Shown here one piece after another: positions 37,646 to 51,000 of a stretch of 64,000 nucleotides of DNA (positions within the stretch are counted from its first letter, which is position 1; each line of letters opens with the position of its first letter). Under the pieces are notes generated by a model. The model searched no databases and was not told the origin of the DNA. It saw only the letters and a list, made by a program, of their open reading frames with translations. The DNA lies in the NCBI GenBank assembly GCA_023213395.1, contig CM041465.1, positions 187,681,741-187,745,740 of the forward strand, given 5' to 3'. A program made the position numbers and the translations under genes. The stretch is from Cycas panzhihuaensis (Eukaryota; Plantae; Cycadophyta).

Positions 37646-40600
37646 TCAAGAGCTCCTTCGGGTAATTCTCCTTCCAGACCCACTTTCTTTATTTATAACC
37701 ACCCAATTGGCGAGCCAATCCACTGCTGCATTTCCTTCCCTGTACGTATGCCGAATCTGCGTACTTTGCTTGGATCTCAGAACATTCTGGGCATCTCTCA
37801 CCATATCCAAATGATGCCACTCGGCCTTCGCCTGCCCCCTGAGAATCCTAATCACATTCAAGGAATCTCCTTCTATCTCCATCTTATTGTGGTCATCGTG
37901 TCCACCATCTCTACAACTTTCTACATAGCCTTAAGTTCAACGTAGTGATTAGACTATTGGCCGTAGTATTCCGCAAAGGCCCATCTAACTATTCCATCAT
38001 GGTGTCTACACAGCCCCCCCCCCGGCCAGCCTCATGAGGGTTGCCCTTTCGTCACCCCATCAAAATTAATTTTCACCCAATACTCACTAGGCGGCTTCCA
38101 GGAACACTTTCTCCTTTGCACCTCATTGATTTTTGGGCAACTGATTCCCTAGCCCTCCATGATGTTTCTCTTCTCCCTTGAAACCTTATCCTTCTCCAAA
38201 GGTTTGATCATTTCAATTGTCGCTCCTCGAATCATCTCAAAGAGTCTATGCTCATCTGTATCCTTCCCTCGGAATATTCTTCTGTTGCATTCCTTCCAAA
38301 TATTCCAAAGCCCCACGGGCATAACTAATTTACACAACATTCCCAACGTCTTGCTCCTAAAAGGGGACTTCCATAACATCCATTGATCTATCAGTGCCCT
38401 AGGGAGCACCCAATCTATCCCGAAATTGGTCCAGATTCGGGCCCATATACCCCTGGTGAAAGGACAGTGGATGCTAATGTGGTCCAAAGACTCCTCATTC
38501 TCCTTGCATAGCACACATCTATTCGACATGGAGTAGCTGCATCTATGGAGATTATCAATTGTCAAAATTTTATTTTGCAGGCACAGCCACCAGAATATCG
38601 CCACCTTAGGGATGAGTCCTAGATTCCAGGCCCCAGCCAACAACTCATTCTTGTCAAAACTCTCCATACAGCATACAGATTGGTAACCCTCCCTTATGGA
38701 GTATGATCCAGAGGAGGAGAATGACCAGATCAATGTATCAACTATAGAACATCTAGGGATATACCATTTGTTCAACTTGTTCTTGAGGATCTGAATGTTT
38801 TCCCCCCCTTCCCGAATTCCTTAAATTTCCACAAAGGATCTCCACCTCTTGTCTCTGCCATGTCCCTCCCAATAGTCCTTAACCATCAATCCATACGTAC
38901 CCTCACAAGCACCCTGTAGGTTACCATAGGGAAGTTTGTCTTTCAGTTTGTAGTCACCACACCATCTATCCTCCCAGAACCTAATATTTTCTCCATTCCC
39001 CAGCGTCCACCTCAAACCATCAATTAAGATAGGCCGCGCATAAACTAGACCTTTCCAAATATGTGATCCCAAAACATCCCCCACCTCGTCTTTCAAAAAA
39101 AGTGCCTGCCCCCCAAGTACTTTTTGGCTATAGTATTACCCCACTAGGTGCCTTCATCATTTGCCAGTCTCCAACCTAATTTGGCTAGCAAAGCCCTATT
39201 AAAGGGCCCCAATCTCCTAATGTTGAGCCCACCCGCCCACCTTGGCCTACAAACCTTATCCCAAGCTACCAAGTGAATTCTGTCCTTTTCCTCTGTACCG
39301 GACCAAAGAAATCTTTTCTGGATGCTTTCCAAGATTGAAATGACCTTGCTTGGTATCCTGAAGATTGACATCATGTAAACCAGGATACTTTGCAAAGAAG
39401 CCACCACCAGTTAAATTTTACCTGCTAAGATGAGGAGGGAGCCTTTCCATCTAGCCATCTTCCTTTAGATCCTATCCACAATGGGGTTCTATAGATCCTT
39501 CCTCATATTTCCCACAAAAAGAGGCATCCCATGGTGTTTGGTTGGGAGAAATCTGATGGGAATCTCCATCTCTCTGATGATCCTCCTTTGGACTCTCTCT
39601 AGAGTATTAATAAAAAAGATAGAACTCTTCTCCAGATTGATTCTTTGGTTTGTGGCCCTCTCATAAGCCTGGAGCCCCATCTTAAAAGCTCTAGCCTCCC
39701 CTAGGGTTGCCTTCCCTAGGAATATATTATCGTCCACAAACTGGTGCTACACAATATTATCGATACTGGAAGAGGGCTTCAGACTGGACACCCAGCCTTT
39801 CCTTCTGGCTTCCTCTACAGTTCTCCCTAATATTTCTGCCAGGATGATAAACAAGTAGGGGGATAAAGGGTCCCCCTGCCTGAGTCCTCTGAATCCAGGA
39901 AAAAAAGGGGTCAACGTGTTGTTGATCAGCATAGAGAAAGATGGGTTGGAGATACAGCACCTTATCCAATCCCTCCAAACCTCATCAAAATTGAAAGCCT
40001 GGAGACAATCAATTAAGCAATCCCAAGCTACCCGGTCGTAAGCTTTGGACATATCAGTTTTTACAATCATGCCCACTTCTTTCCTGTTAAAAACTGAGTG
40101 AACTGTCTCATGGACCACTATTATGCCATCCACGATTTGCCTGCCTTTCACGAATCCATCCTGATTTGGGGATATGATGAGTGGCAAACATTCCTTGAGT
40201 CTGTTTGCCAAGATTTTTGCCAAGATTTTGTATTTCACATTACATAAACTTATCAGTCTGAAATCCTCCATGATTTCTGCTCCTCCCTTCTTTGGAATCA
40301 ACACCAAGAAGGTAGCCTGCCACTCCTTCAAAATTGTCTTCTTCTCTAAGACTTCATCCAAGGCCAACTTTAAATCCTCCTTTATTATATCCCAAAATTC
40401 CTGGAAAAAACTTGGAGGGAAGCCATCTGGCCCAGGAGCTTTTTCACGACCCATGTTGAATATTGCCTTCTCCACTTCCTCTAGAGTAAAAGGATCTGTC
40501 AACCTTCTATTTTGATCTTCATTGATCAACTTTGGTATATAGCTCAATAGGTCCTTCCTAAGGTCCGAGTCCTGACACCCAGGTTCTTCGACTAAGTTCT

Positions 40601-41815
40601 TAAAATATTCCATCGCTATGCCTTTGATTTCTTTTTCCGCCTCGTGATTAGTTCCATCCATACTACACATCATATTTATTCTGTTGCATGACCTGTGTTT
40701 CAACATAGACATATGAAAAAACTTTGTGTTTCTGTCTCCCTTCGCCAGCCAGAGCGCTGTAGACTTCTGTTTCCAGTGAATTTCCTCTTTAGCCAAGACG
40801 TCTTCCAAATTTTTTATAGTCAAGTGTTCCATCTGATCCAGAGGCGCGGACTTGCCTTCCTCCTGGATCCTCCCTTCCACTGTGACGAGATCTTCCAAAA
40901 GTCTACCTTTGGCCTCAAAAATGTTTCCAAAAACATCCTTGTTCCAACCTCTAATCTGCCTCTTAACGCAGTTCAATTTTCTAGAGAATCTAAACATGGC
41001 ATACCCCTCCACTGGGATACTCCACCATTCCTTGATCCAATCCCTAAGATCCGGGTGTCTCAACCACATAAGCTCGAATCGAAAGGGAGCCCCTTGGTGG
41101 ACCCCTAAAGTATTAAACTCCAACATTAGAGGAGAATGATCCGAGGCCATCTTCAGAAGTGCCTCAAGTTTGATGTCTGCGTGGTGCCTCATCCATTCAT
41201 AATTGATCAGCATCCCGTCTAGTTTTATCTGAATGTGGTTGTTCCCCAGTCTCCTATTAGACTAGGTATACCTAGCCCCTCTGAGCGGGATGTCCATCAA
41301 TCCCCCTCTCTGCAAGAACTCACCCAGGTTTGACATGCTCCTGGACCATCCCTCTTGACCCCCTTTCTTATCACCCAGACAGAGAGCCGACTTTAGGTCC
41401 CCTGCCAGTAACTAGGGCCCTTTCCAATCTTTATGGACATCCACTAGCCTGTCCCATAGATTCTTTCTTCCTTCCACCAAGGTAGGGGCATAAACATTAG
41501 TAACCCACCATTGGGAATTTGACCTCCTACAGGTGAAGCAAACAGTCATAAAGTGGTCCTCTAGTACCACACCTACCCCTATCAAAATTTTGTGGTCCCA
41601 CAGGACAACCATACCTCCCGAGCCAAGAGTTCCCTCTTTGGCTAGCATTTCACTATTCCTCCAAATCTTATTTTTCACCTCTGACTCCTTTCCCTCTCCA
41701 ATTTCGTTTCCTGCAATAACATAATATTCCCCCCCATTCTAATTCTCAAGTCCTTAACAATTCTTTGCTTAGAAGGGGCATTCAAACCCCTGACATTCCA
41801 GGATAACACCCTCAT
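37646..41815 (-). pseudogene. LINE ORF2: AP endonuclease - RT - zf-RVT - RNase H (stops/frameshifts)
   Basis: MRVLSWNVRGLN at 41815, SDHSP, KAPGPDGF, DMSKAYDRV, GLRQGDPLSPYLF, QFVDD, CVLCKENEESLDHISIHC, KINFDG, IEGDSL, HTYREGNAAVDWLAN. Confidence 0.93.
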
Positions 41816-41849
41816 AGCCAAGCCCCCCATGCTAGCACTAAGGGTCATC

Positions 41850-43262
41850 TTCTGCTTCTAAGGAAAGGACCTTCAATCACCCCTTCCTTCATGATACTCT
41901 AGTACCCTTGATCGATTTGGGATGCCATTTCCCTGTCTCGTATCACTTTCTTAGATGGCCTACCTACCCTCTTAACAATGCCTAGATCAGGGGCTCTCCT
42001 CAGGCTCACTTCCTCCTGGGCCCCTTTGCTTTTGGTTATCCATCTTTAAGCCCCCCCAGGTGGCTTCCCTGGCTCCCCTCTCGTAGTCAGGCCCTCCTCG
42101 CCCCTGGATCCCTCTTCAAATTGACCTTCTTTGCCCCCAGTCAGTTGTTGCTGCAATCCCCCCAGATTTTGGGGATGCTCCTTCTCCTCTCCCTCCTCTG
42201 AGAGATAGTCCTCCTCTTCCCAGTTGATCTCGTTTAGCAGCTCCCCATGTGGGGTCTCAACTGCTTCCAAGCGGGGGGGGGGGGGGGGGGGGGTCTGTTC
42301 CGCTCTTTTCAACGGTACCCACCACTTTCATATCGGTTGTGCTCTGCTGCTCTTCCCTCTGACTCCTAGGTCGGTCCATCTCCTCAGATTCCTTTAATAT
42401 GAACCCCTCCTCGCCCTGAGGAGATACATCTTCCTTGGGCCCTAAAGTAGCACCCACATTTGCTTCTACCACTGAATCCTTAGTGGCTTTACTCAGGCCT
42501 CCTTGCTTCCCAGCCCCAACCTTCTTGGTTTCTCCTTGACACTTCAACAATAGGTGCCCCAAGCCCCTACATTTTGGGCATCTAACACCATCCAATTCAT
42601 ATACTAGCTTTTGGTTAATATCCCATCCCTCTGTTTCAATGCTCACCTCTTCTGGGAGGTCTCTGTCAAGTCTCACCAAAATGCAAAACCTGCCATTAAT
42701 CAACCGAGATCTATTCTTAGTGGTTGAATCTATCGCTAGTAGAGGTCCTACTGACCTTGCCACCCCTTTCACCACTTCTAGATTCCAAAATTGCAGGGGT
42801 AACCCCGGCATCTGAACCCAGATCAGCATTTGTTTAACCGTAGGAACCACTGGGTCGAAATCTAAATGCCATTTTTCCAAAGAGATAGCCTTCCTCCCAA
42901 ACATCCACGGGGACTTTAACAAAATGACGATCGTATTCTCTTGGTTTCCAAACCTAAATAGAACGCATCCCTTAGGCAAAGCCATCACCTCCACTGGGTT
43001 CTTAGTTTTTCATTTGTTCTTGATCCAGTTCCTAATAATATCGAGTCCTAGTCTTTGGCCCTGAGAACCTTCCAACCAAACTATTTTCCCAGTATTTGAT
43101 CGTTTTGTCGGTTAGCTCCTTTAGTACTGGGATTTTTATTTGGCTATTTTGAATAATAGGGTTTATCGCATGGTCCTCAGTTACTCCATTACTCAGTGCA
43201 TCAAGGTAAGTCCTTCTCGGAGGAGAGGACTAAGTCTGGTTTAACTGAACTAGTTGCTCCAT
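41850..43262 (-). pseudogene. LINE ORF1 (DUF4283/RRM-like + CX2CX4HX4C knuckle), disrupted
   Basis: ATG at 43262; SLVGRF, PWMFGRKAISLEKW, WVQMPGLPLQFW, CPKCRGLGHLLLKC. Frameshift at the G-run 42273-42293. The 3' end is approximate. Confidence 0.85.
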
Positions 43263-43387
43263 TAATTAGAATAACCACAAAGCATCATAAGCTTGCAATA
43301 AAAAACTCACCCAGCCCCATAAAGCACCTCCCGTGCTTCACTGACCATTGTTGCTGTCCAAGCTTTACTCCATAGTTGTTTACTTTC

Positions 43388-44090
43388 ATTGTAATTATCT
43401 ATTAAGTTGTCCCTAAAATGTTGTGCATAATTATCTTAAAGAAATGCAAACTTGTAAAAACTTTTAATATGTGGGCATCATTAAAATGTGTGTTAGAGCT
43501 CACATCTACATGCATTCTCATAGGTTATGTTAGAGGTTCTCCAATCTCATAACATCTCTTTGCCTTTGTGTTTCATTAATTGGAATCATGTGGTGAGTTC
43601 ATGTTTGGGATGTTTTATGTTGATGGCTATAGGAATTGCAACAAATTTACCTGAGATGAGCAACAATTAGTTGTTGGATATTTGTGCATTGTTGATGTAG
43701 ATGAGTTACAAATAGACAACCCAAAATAGAATGATTACTTTGTAAAGTCATAAGCTAATGTTGTGAGTCCAAGCAAAGGTCAAGACATGTTTCTTCTCAA
43801 GAATTTGAGACGTGGAACAAGCACCAAAAGGAAGCACACTTGAAGTAGTTTGGCAACTAAGAAAATAGACAAAAATTAAATGTTATGGGAGAATGTGGAA
43901 AACAATGTTTAATTGATGATTATTGTAATTTTTTAGTAAGGTGTCTCTTAAATATTTGCATAATTATCTTAACAAAGTGCACATTTGTAAAAATTCTTAA
44001 TATGTAAACATTATTAAAATGCATGTTAGAGCTTACATCTTTATGTATTCTCATAGGTTTTGTTAAATGTTCTCCAATCTTATTAAATCT
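43388..44090. repeat. Two copies of a ~200-bp AT-rich dispersed repeat (third copy at ~51730-51920)
   Basis: Copy 1 = 37390-37433 + 43388-43560 (split by the LINE); copy 2 = ~43900-44090; copy 3 = ~51730-51920. Shared core tgcataa...cttaatatg...agctcacat...attctcatagg. Confidence 0.75.
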
Positions 44091-44485
44091 CTATGAGGTA
44101 ACTTGTATCTATAAATATGTACCTATTCTAATGCAATGGATAAAGATTGATCATTCTTCCAATTTCTTTTGTATTTTATATTGGTGCATATTTCATGTTT
44201 TCAATCGTGGTATCATAATATATTTATAATATGATATCAGAGGACTTATGTAATTTTTTAACATTCAAGAACATATCTGATTTGCTAATGGATATGCAAC
44301 TAAGGAATGTGGTGAATAGAATGTTCATAAACCCAATTTTACAACTAAATCTGTTATTGTGAGGGGAATGTTGAGGGAATTATTTGCCATGGCCATATGA
44401 TAGTATAATATAAAATAGTATAGTGCCATGTAATGGAATATAATATAATGTAATGCAATCCAATGTAATACAATATAGTTTAATG

Positions 44486-44524
44486 AATATAATATAATAT
44501 AATATAATATAATATAATATAATA
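44486..44524. repeat. (AATAT)n microsatellite
   Basis: Read directly. Confidence 0.9.
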
Positions 44525-44895
44525 CAAGTGAAAATTTAGAATATTTTAAGGAAATTTCACTCTTCAAGTAAAAAGTCTATTATGAAATTTGACTGTTTAG
44601 CACTATGCAAAATATTTTATATAAAATCAAGAATGCTCTCTAAATTCAATTCTGTTTGTTTCCTCCTTCCCCCGACCCCATTCCTTGTGTCCTCGTACAT
44701 GGGAAGGACGTGTAGGCATTCGATAATTGAACTTTTTGTAAACTGTGATCTGGCTTACAGTTAATTTTCTAAATTGGAACTCTTCTTGTAACATTGTCAA
44801 GATTTAACAATTTCCTTTGTAGACTGTCACATGTCAGGTGGGCATTATGAGTAACTTGTTGCAAATGTCTGCTGTTTAATTTTGTTGTTGGGCAG

Positions 44896-47810
44896 GAAGC
44901 AAAATCTTCTGTGGAGCTTCTTTACTCTGATACAGCCAAAGCTTTGATTCATATTTTCTTTGCACAACGGTCAACCTCAAAGGTGATTGACTGCTTGCAC
45001 AGCTCTGTTCTACATGATGGAAGTGTAATGTTTGAAAAATCTGCCATTTTGTTCTATTGTTTCAATTGAAAATTAAAACTTGGTTTCGCAGGTTCCTGGT
45101 GTTACTGATTTGGGTTTAGAGCCAAGAAGAATAAGAAAAGTGGCTGTTGTTGGTGCCGGTTTGATGGGCTCGGGAATAGCCACAGCCCTGATTCTAAGTG
45201 GCTACCCTGTGATCCTTAAAGAAGTAAATGCCCAGTTTCTTCAGGCAGGTCTTGATCGAATTAGAGGTCAGTAACCTGCAGCCATTTTGGTTGCATGTGA
45301 TATAACTTTTTGTTATTTGTAGTCATTAGTTTCCTTCCTATGTTTAGCACCTTGATGTTTATCTTGCTTTAGTATTTTTAGTTGGTGCAGGCATGCTGCA
45401 TATACTGAAATGCTCTATTATCTGTTTTTATTCCCCAAAATCTACAACATAAAGTATGTACTATTATAGTTGTGTGTCACTAAGGAGGCTTTACTGCAGT
45501 TGTAGCATATTGAGAATGTTGTTGAGTTGTCTCTTAATTATTGTTTGAATATTTGCAGCAAATTTGCAGAGCCGTGTGAATAAAGGAAAAATGAGCCAAG
45601 AAAAGTTTGAAAAAACACTCTCTTTGGCCCAGGGTGTTCTTGACTTCAAAAATTTTGGAGATGTTGACATGGTAATTGAGGTGAGCATAGTTTTCAGATT
45701 GTCTCTGCAATCTGGTATCCTCTTTATAAACCAGTCTCTAACTTTTCTCAGATCAAGTCAGTTGCTGGTTTCCAAAATACCTGATCATTGTTTTTTGGCA
45801 GGCTGTCATTGAAAATGTATCTCTAAAGCAACAGATTTTTAGTGATCTCGAGAAAAACTGTTCATCACACTGTGTATTAGCAACAAACACTTCTACAATT
45901 GACTTAAACTTGATTGGTCAGAAGACCAACTCTCAAGATCGGATTGTTGGCACACACTTCTTCAGGTACTCATCATTTTAATATGAATTTTGTAAGAATA
46001 AAATTTTTTTGGCCATGTACCTTTTCTTTTTGGCTTTTGACATAAGGACACAGCTTGTACATTTGTAAATGCCAGAATTGATGCATTGTAGTAAAATGTT
46101 TTGTATAAAGGTGGAAATATTATTCCATGCTTTCAAATTTGAATTTGCAGCTTCTTGTTGCATTTGATTGGATCACAGATTCTCTTCTGATGCCTACCTG
46201 TTTTGCAGTCCTGCCCATGTGATGCCGCTTTTGGAAATAGTGCGCACAGAAAAGACATCCCCTCAAGTTATAATTGACCTCATGAACGTTGGGAAAAAGA
46301 TTAAGAAGACCCCTATAGTGGTTGGAAACTGCACTGGATTTGCTGTCAACCGCATGTTTTTCCCATACACCCAGTCAGCTCTGCTGTTGGCAGACCTTGG
46401 CTTAGATGTTTACCAAATCGATCGAGCTATCACTAAATTTGGAATGCCCATGGGCCCATTTAGGTATCGTAGAAATTAGAATATTTTGGTTCCAAGTATT
46501 TGTCCGGTTAAATGTATGGTAGTAGAGTAAAGTCTGATTCAAGTATCTTAAATTTATGCAGATTGGCTGATCTGGTGGGTTTTGAGGTTGCTGTAGCAAC
46601 AGGCATGCAGTATCTGGACAATTTTCCAGATCGAGTATACAAGTCACTCTTGATACCAATTATGCTTAAAGACAAGCGGACAGGTAACTGCTCCATGTTT
46701 CTGTGTAACATCCACCAGAGTAGCAGTATGGATTTGTATTTACTTTCTCATCTCTCTGTGATGATCTCATTTTATTCTCTTTTTTCTCAGGTGAGAAAGC
46801 TGGCAAGGGCTTCTATTTGTATGATGATAAACGAAAGGCCCTACCGGATCCAGAAATAAAGAAATATGTTGAGAAGTCACGGAAAATGGCTGGCTTGATA
46901 CCTGATGGCAAGGTCGTTTATTTCTGCCATTGCATACTATCATGTGGAATCGTTGCTTGTCAATTATGCATTTGTTCATCCATTATTTATGCATACGATT
47001 ATTTGGCGTGGTATTAACTTCTGCTCAACTCTGTTGCAGCCTGTTTCATTGACAGATAAGGATGTAGTTGAGATTGTTTTCTTTCCTGTTATCAATGAAG
47101 CCTGTCGAGTTCTTGCAGAAGGAATTGCCATTAAAGCAGCAGACCTGGATATTGCCTCGGTGATGGGTATGGGATTTCCGCCCTACAGGTTGGTTCTTTT
47201 CTGGTGTTATTCCCTCTCTTCTTCTGAATCCTATTCCCTATTCTTCATTTTGTTTCTTGCTTGGATGATAAACATCCTGTGGCTCTGTGAGCTTCTTGAT
47301 TGTATTTATTGGACTTTTTGGCATGACCTCCTAAACGTGAACTGCAAGTTCAGGGATTTGTTGTGTTCTCTCATTTAACTATATTTTCTTTTAGTTGAAA
47401 AAGCTGATATTATTATATAGAAAGAATTACATTTTCATTTAATTATTTCATATGGTCCTTTAAAAGCTTTCTCCACATCAGAGTGGTGGTTGAGAATTTT
47501 CATATCCAAGATCAAAGATGCCTTTTTTTCACAGGGGAGGTCTGTTATTCTGGGCTGATTCTCTGGGAGCAAATTATATCTGTTCAAAATTGAAGGTCTG
47601 GTCTGAGTTATATGGCGATTTTTTTAGACCTTCTGCATACTTGGAAGAAAGAGCAGCCAAGCGATCTTCTCTGGTGAGTATGACCATCATTTATAGTTGT
47701 TATTTATTTCCCATTTGATATCTGGTAGATGAAGTTATGGTTAGAAATTGATTCTTGGGTGAAAACAAATGCAGATTGCTCCAGCAGAGCATTTGAAGTC
47801 TCGATTATGA
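44896..47810 (+). CDS. MFP2: Peroxisomal fatty-acid beta-oxidation multifunctional protein (MFP2/AIM1 family); 3' ten exons including the 3-hydroxyacyl-CoA dehydrogenase domains; 5' exons not in window
   Basis: Exons 44896-44982, 45092-45266, 45559-45680, 45802-45965, 46209-46463, 46562-46683, 46791-46912, 47040-47188, 47535-47673, 47775-47810. All GT-AG with consistent phases; 1371 nt, no stops. Motifs VVGAGLMGSGIA (NAD binding), HFFSPAHVMPLLE, GFAVNRMFFPY, GMPMGPF, GMGFPPYRGG. Ends -KSRL* (PTS1). Confidence 0.96.
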
Positions 47811-48070
47811 AACTGGACAATGGTGAAATTTTTATAAGAACATTTAATTGAAATTTACATAGGAGCTCTATTTATTTTCATGCAATGGTTTGAGCTGTCT
47901 CTCTTTGCATAAATTATGCTGTTGTGCCATATTATCTGTTCTACAGTGGATATGATTGAAACATGTATTACGCGCATCTCCCTTTCTTGTGATTTGTCTT
48001 GAGGAATGGCTCACAGAGATTTAATAGTATGTGCTTGACAATTAAATTCTGTGTGTAATGGCAACATTGC

Positions 48071-48076
48071 AATAAA
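48071..48076 (+). promoter_or_regulatory. Candidate polyadenylation signal of the MFP gene
   Basis: AATAAA ~260 nt after the stop codon, in a U-rich 3' UTR context. Confidence 0.35.
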
Positions 48077-51000
48077 ATTTTGATTTATTCACTCTGGATT
48101 TACAAATGGTGACTGTTGATAGAAACCATGTGATAGTGTTTAGCAACATTGCAGATGTTTTTTTATTTATTAACTATGGATCAGTAGTTGGCAACTTTGG
48201 AATTTTACTTGGTAGGATTGAGTGCAAATGGTCAAATAATTGGTAACTTATTGAATGAAATTATGGCCTCATCTTGTCAAGAACCATATTATTAGGTACT
48301 GTTGAGGCTTATAAAGCGTAAGAAGTGTCTGAAGGTTCTGTAAGTTTCATTGCTTTCTTTGTGAAAAAAACTTCCTCAGAAATAAAGAAAGAACAATTTT
48401 AGTTGTGTATTACATTCATATGACTCGAAAACTAACAATATCAGATCCCCACAGTGGGAACAATCTCTAATTCTGTGTCTAGTGCCTAGAACAATTGAGG
48501 CATCATTGTAGAAGAAGTTTGTAAGTCTGTTTGCCAAGATTATTTGTGATATAATCCACTCTTATAATATATTAGAGTGTAATTTTAGTACAATAACAAG
48601 GCCCTCAGATCCCAAGGGCAGCACAGAAATGGTGTGTTTTAGATTTTAGAGGGCTCTTACTGTTTGTTCTAGTTTTCTAAGGCTAGCCCAAACTTTGATT
48701 AATGCAACCTAAACAATGTCTGGGGAGATTGATGCCATTGCCAGTTACATGTATACATCAAAATAAATATGTGAGAAATGAAGTATATATTGAAAGAAGT
48801 AAAATAAATTTGAAAGAGAAAATTATTTAAAATATTGTCTCCCATGTTGATATGCTTGAATTGCTCTTCAAAAATTTCATGACTTATCTTGCAATGCTAG
48901 AACAAAAATGCAACCCTAATTGTGATCTAGAAGTGCATGTAATTTGTCCATTTTTCTTCAAAAAACATGTGAAGAAACATGAAACATAAATCATGCATTT
49001 TTGAACAAACAAGATCTTGATCATACACAACAAGCACACCATCAAAAAGCAAAGTTCACAGTACACTAGTTTTAAGTGGAAAAATTTTTTGGTACAAAAC
49101 CTACCACAAAAGATCAATTGATCACATTGATTACACTTGGATGATTTTACAATGAACTATGGGTTATTTTGTAATCCCCCAAATAGTATGTCCAACCCAT
49201 TGGTTGTGACCCTTCAATATTCGCACCTTTTGGATTAACATTAACTATAACCACATTTAACGTTAAACATGTGGCTTAGTATTCACTACCATGCTAACAA
49301 AACAATACATATCAAATTGGAAAAGAAAAAGTACATTGCATTAAAATTCATCTTTGGTCCATTTGATTTACATTTTAAAAACTAGTTGTGCATGAAAGGA
49401 AAGAAGAGAAATGGATGCCAATTGGTAGTGTTCATATTTATTTGAAGTTATCCCATTTATTTCTTTCGCGTCAACCACAATTAGCTGTGGGCATTGGTTC
49501 ATCAATATGTACCCTTATAGTCTTGGTGGTATTTCCTCAAATCTCTTATATGAGAAATTATTTCCTCTCCTTCCACCTTTAATTGGACTTCTTAATGGAC
49601 TTTCAACTTTATTTTATCATAGTAACTAGTATGAACTAGAGCTTGCTCTTCTTGCTTTCTTATCCATCATGGCAAAACTTCCATTAATCATCCCTCTATG
49701 TCTAAGTTTGTTTTCATAATGAATTTTGAGATGGTTTTGGATATGTTTCTTGTGTTTGAGAGGTTGTTGTTGGTTTTATCTACTTGATTATTTGTACATT
49801 GTTTGTTGAATTTTCATCATCATAAGTAGCTATAATTTCTTTTGCTAATGACCCCTCTACTTGTGATGGCATTCTCTTCTTTCCCAATTTTGTGAGTCTT
49901 CTAATTGCACATGCTTAAATTGGTTGTTCTCTAGTGGCTTCTGTTTCTAAGATTGGTTTATCTATTTGACCACTTCATGGTTGTTGAAGGGTTTTTCCAT
50001 TTGATTAATTGCATATGATAGCCCATGTAGTGTAAATACTTGTTGCTACTATTTCTATTTGTTGATATTCAGTACTACATTTGTAGCCTTTGTGTTGAGT
50101 AGGATATGGTCAATGGAAGTTGATGCACCTGAATCATTTTTATGAGGCTAGGTTTCTGATGGTGCAACTAATTTTGGATTACTAGTTTGACATTTTGGTC
50201 ACCTCTTGGTGGCATGATTGCGATCATTATCTGCAACTTTTCACCCATTTGGTGGACTTCTTTATGTGAGCATGTTTGCTACTATCTCCTTTGGGATGGT
50301 GTGATATCCTCTTGGCTATTTCCTTTGACTTCATGTCTTGAGGTCTTATTCTTGTATTTATCACCCAAGGTAAGTCTATTATTCTTCTTCTTGTTCCAAA
50401 TGATTCTCTTTTGGTCATCTTAGTAGCTTTGTTGTTTCCACACCACCATTGTTTGTTGTCTTATGTGACTTTCATCAATTGTTTGAAGACTTCTATGCAC
50501 TAATGATGGAAGGAATTGTTAATACTCTAGGGTAATGAATTATCAATTGCATTGCATATTTCCTGTGTTTTTTTCTCTATTGTTGTTGCCTTCACTTATC
50601 TATTTGAAGGGGATGCTAGACTCTATGTATGAGTTGGAGCTTAACCCATTGTTCACCTTTTTATTGTTATCATTTGCCCATTATAATTTCTATCTGACCT
50701 CATGAGTTGAATGGAGATGTCCTTCTATTTGACCCTTTGATTTGAATGGAGATTGTTCTACTCCATTTTGTGTCAATTGAATGATGTTTATTGCCTTAAA
50801 TATTATGGTGGTTTCATTTGAAAGTCTTGTGAGAGAGTTGATTATAACACTCAACAAGCATGATAAGAACTTCGATGCCCTAAATTTGGAGTGTAATAAT
50901 TATAGTATATAACAAAAGAGAAATTGATGTAATCTACATTTTGTTTTTTTTTTAAGTGATGATTCTATCGATAAAAAGAATTATATATAATTACAACAAA

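Larger units (their letters stand above)
37434..43387 (-). mobile_element. Full-length L1-clade LINE with RNase H, inactivated
   Basis: Poly(A) seen as T17 at 37434-37450. TSD attgtaattatctattaag at 37415-37433 and 43388-43406. ORF1 and ORF2 as listed separately. Confidence 0.95.

Noticed and set aside
40174-41139. Several plus-strand ORFs of 95-137 aa
   Set aside because: Antisense to LINE ORF2.
44325-44567. Hydrophobic 80-aa ORF (YYIILYYIIL)
   Set aside because: Translation of the (AATAT)n microsatellite.
44640-44880. Possible missing upstream MFP exon or promoter
   Set aside because: No frame resembles the expected enoyl-CoA hydratase C-terminus, and no start context is in frame with exon 44896.
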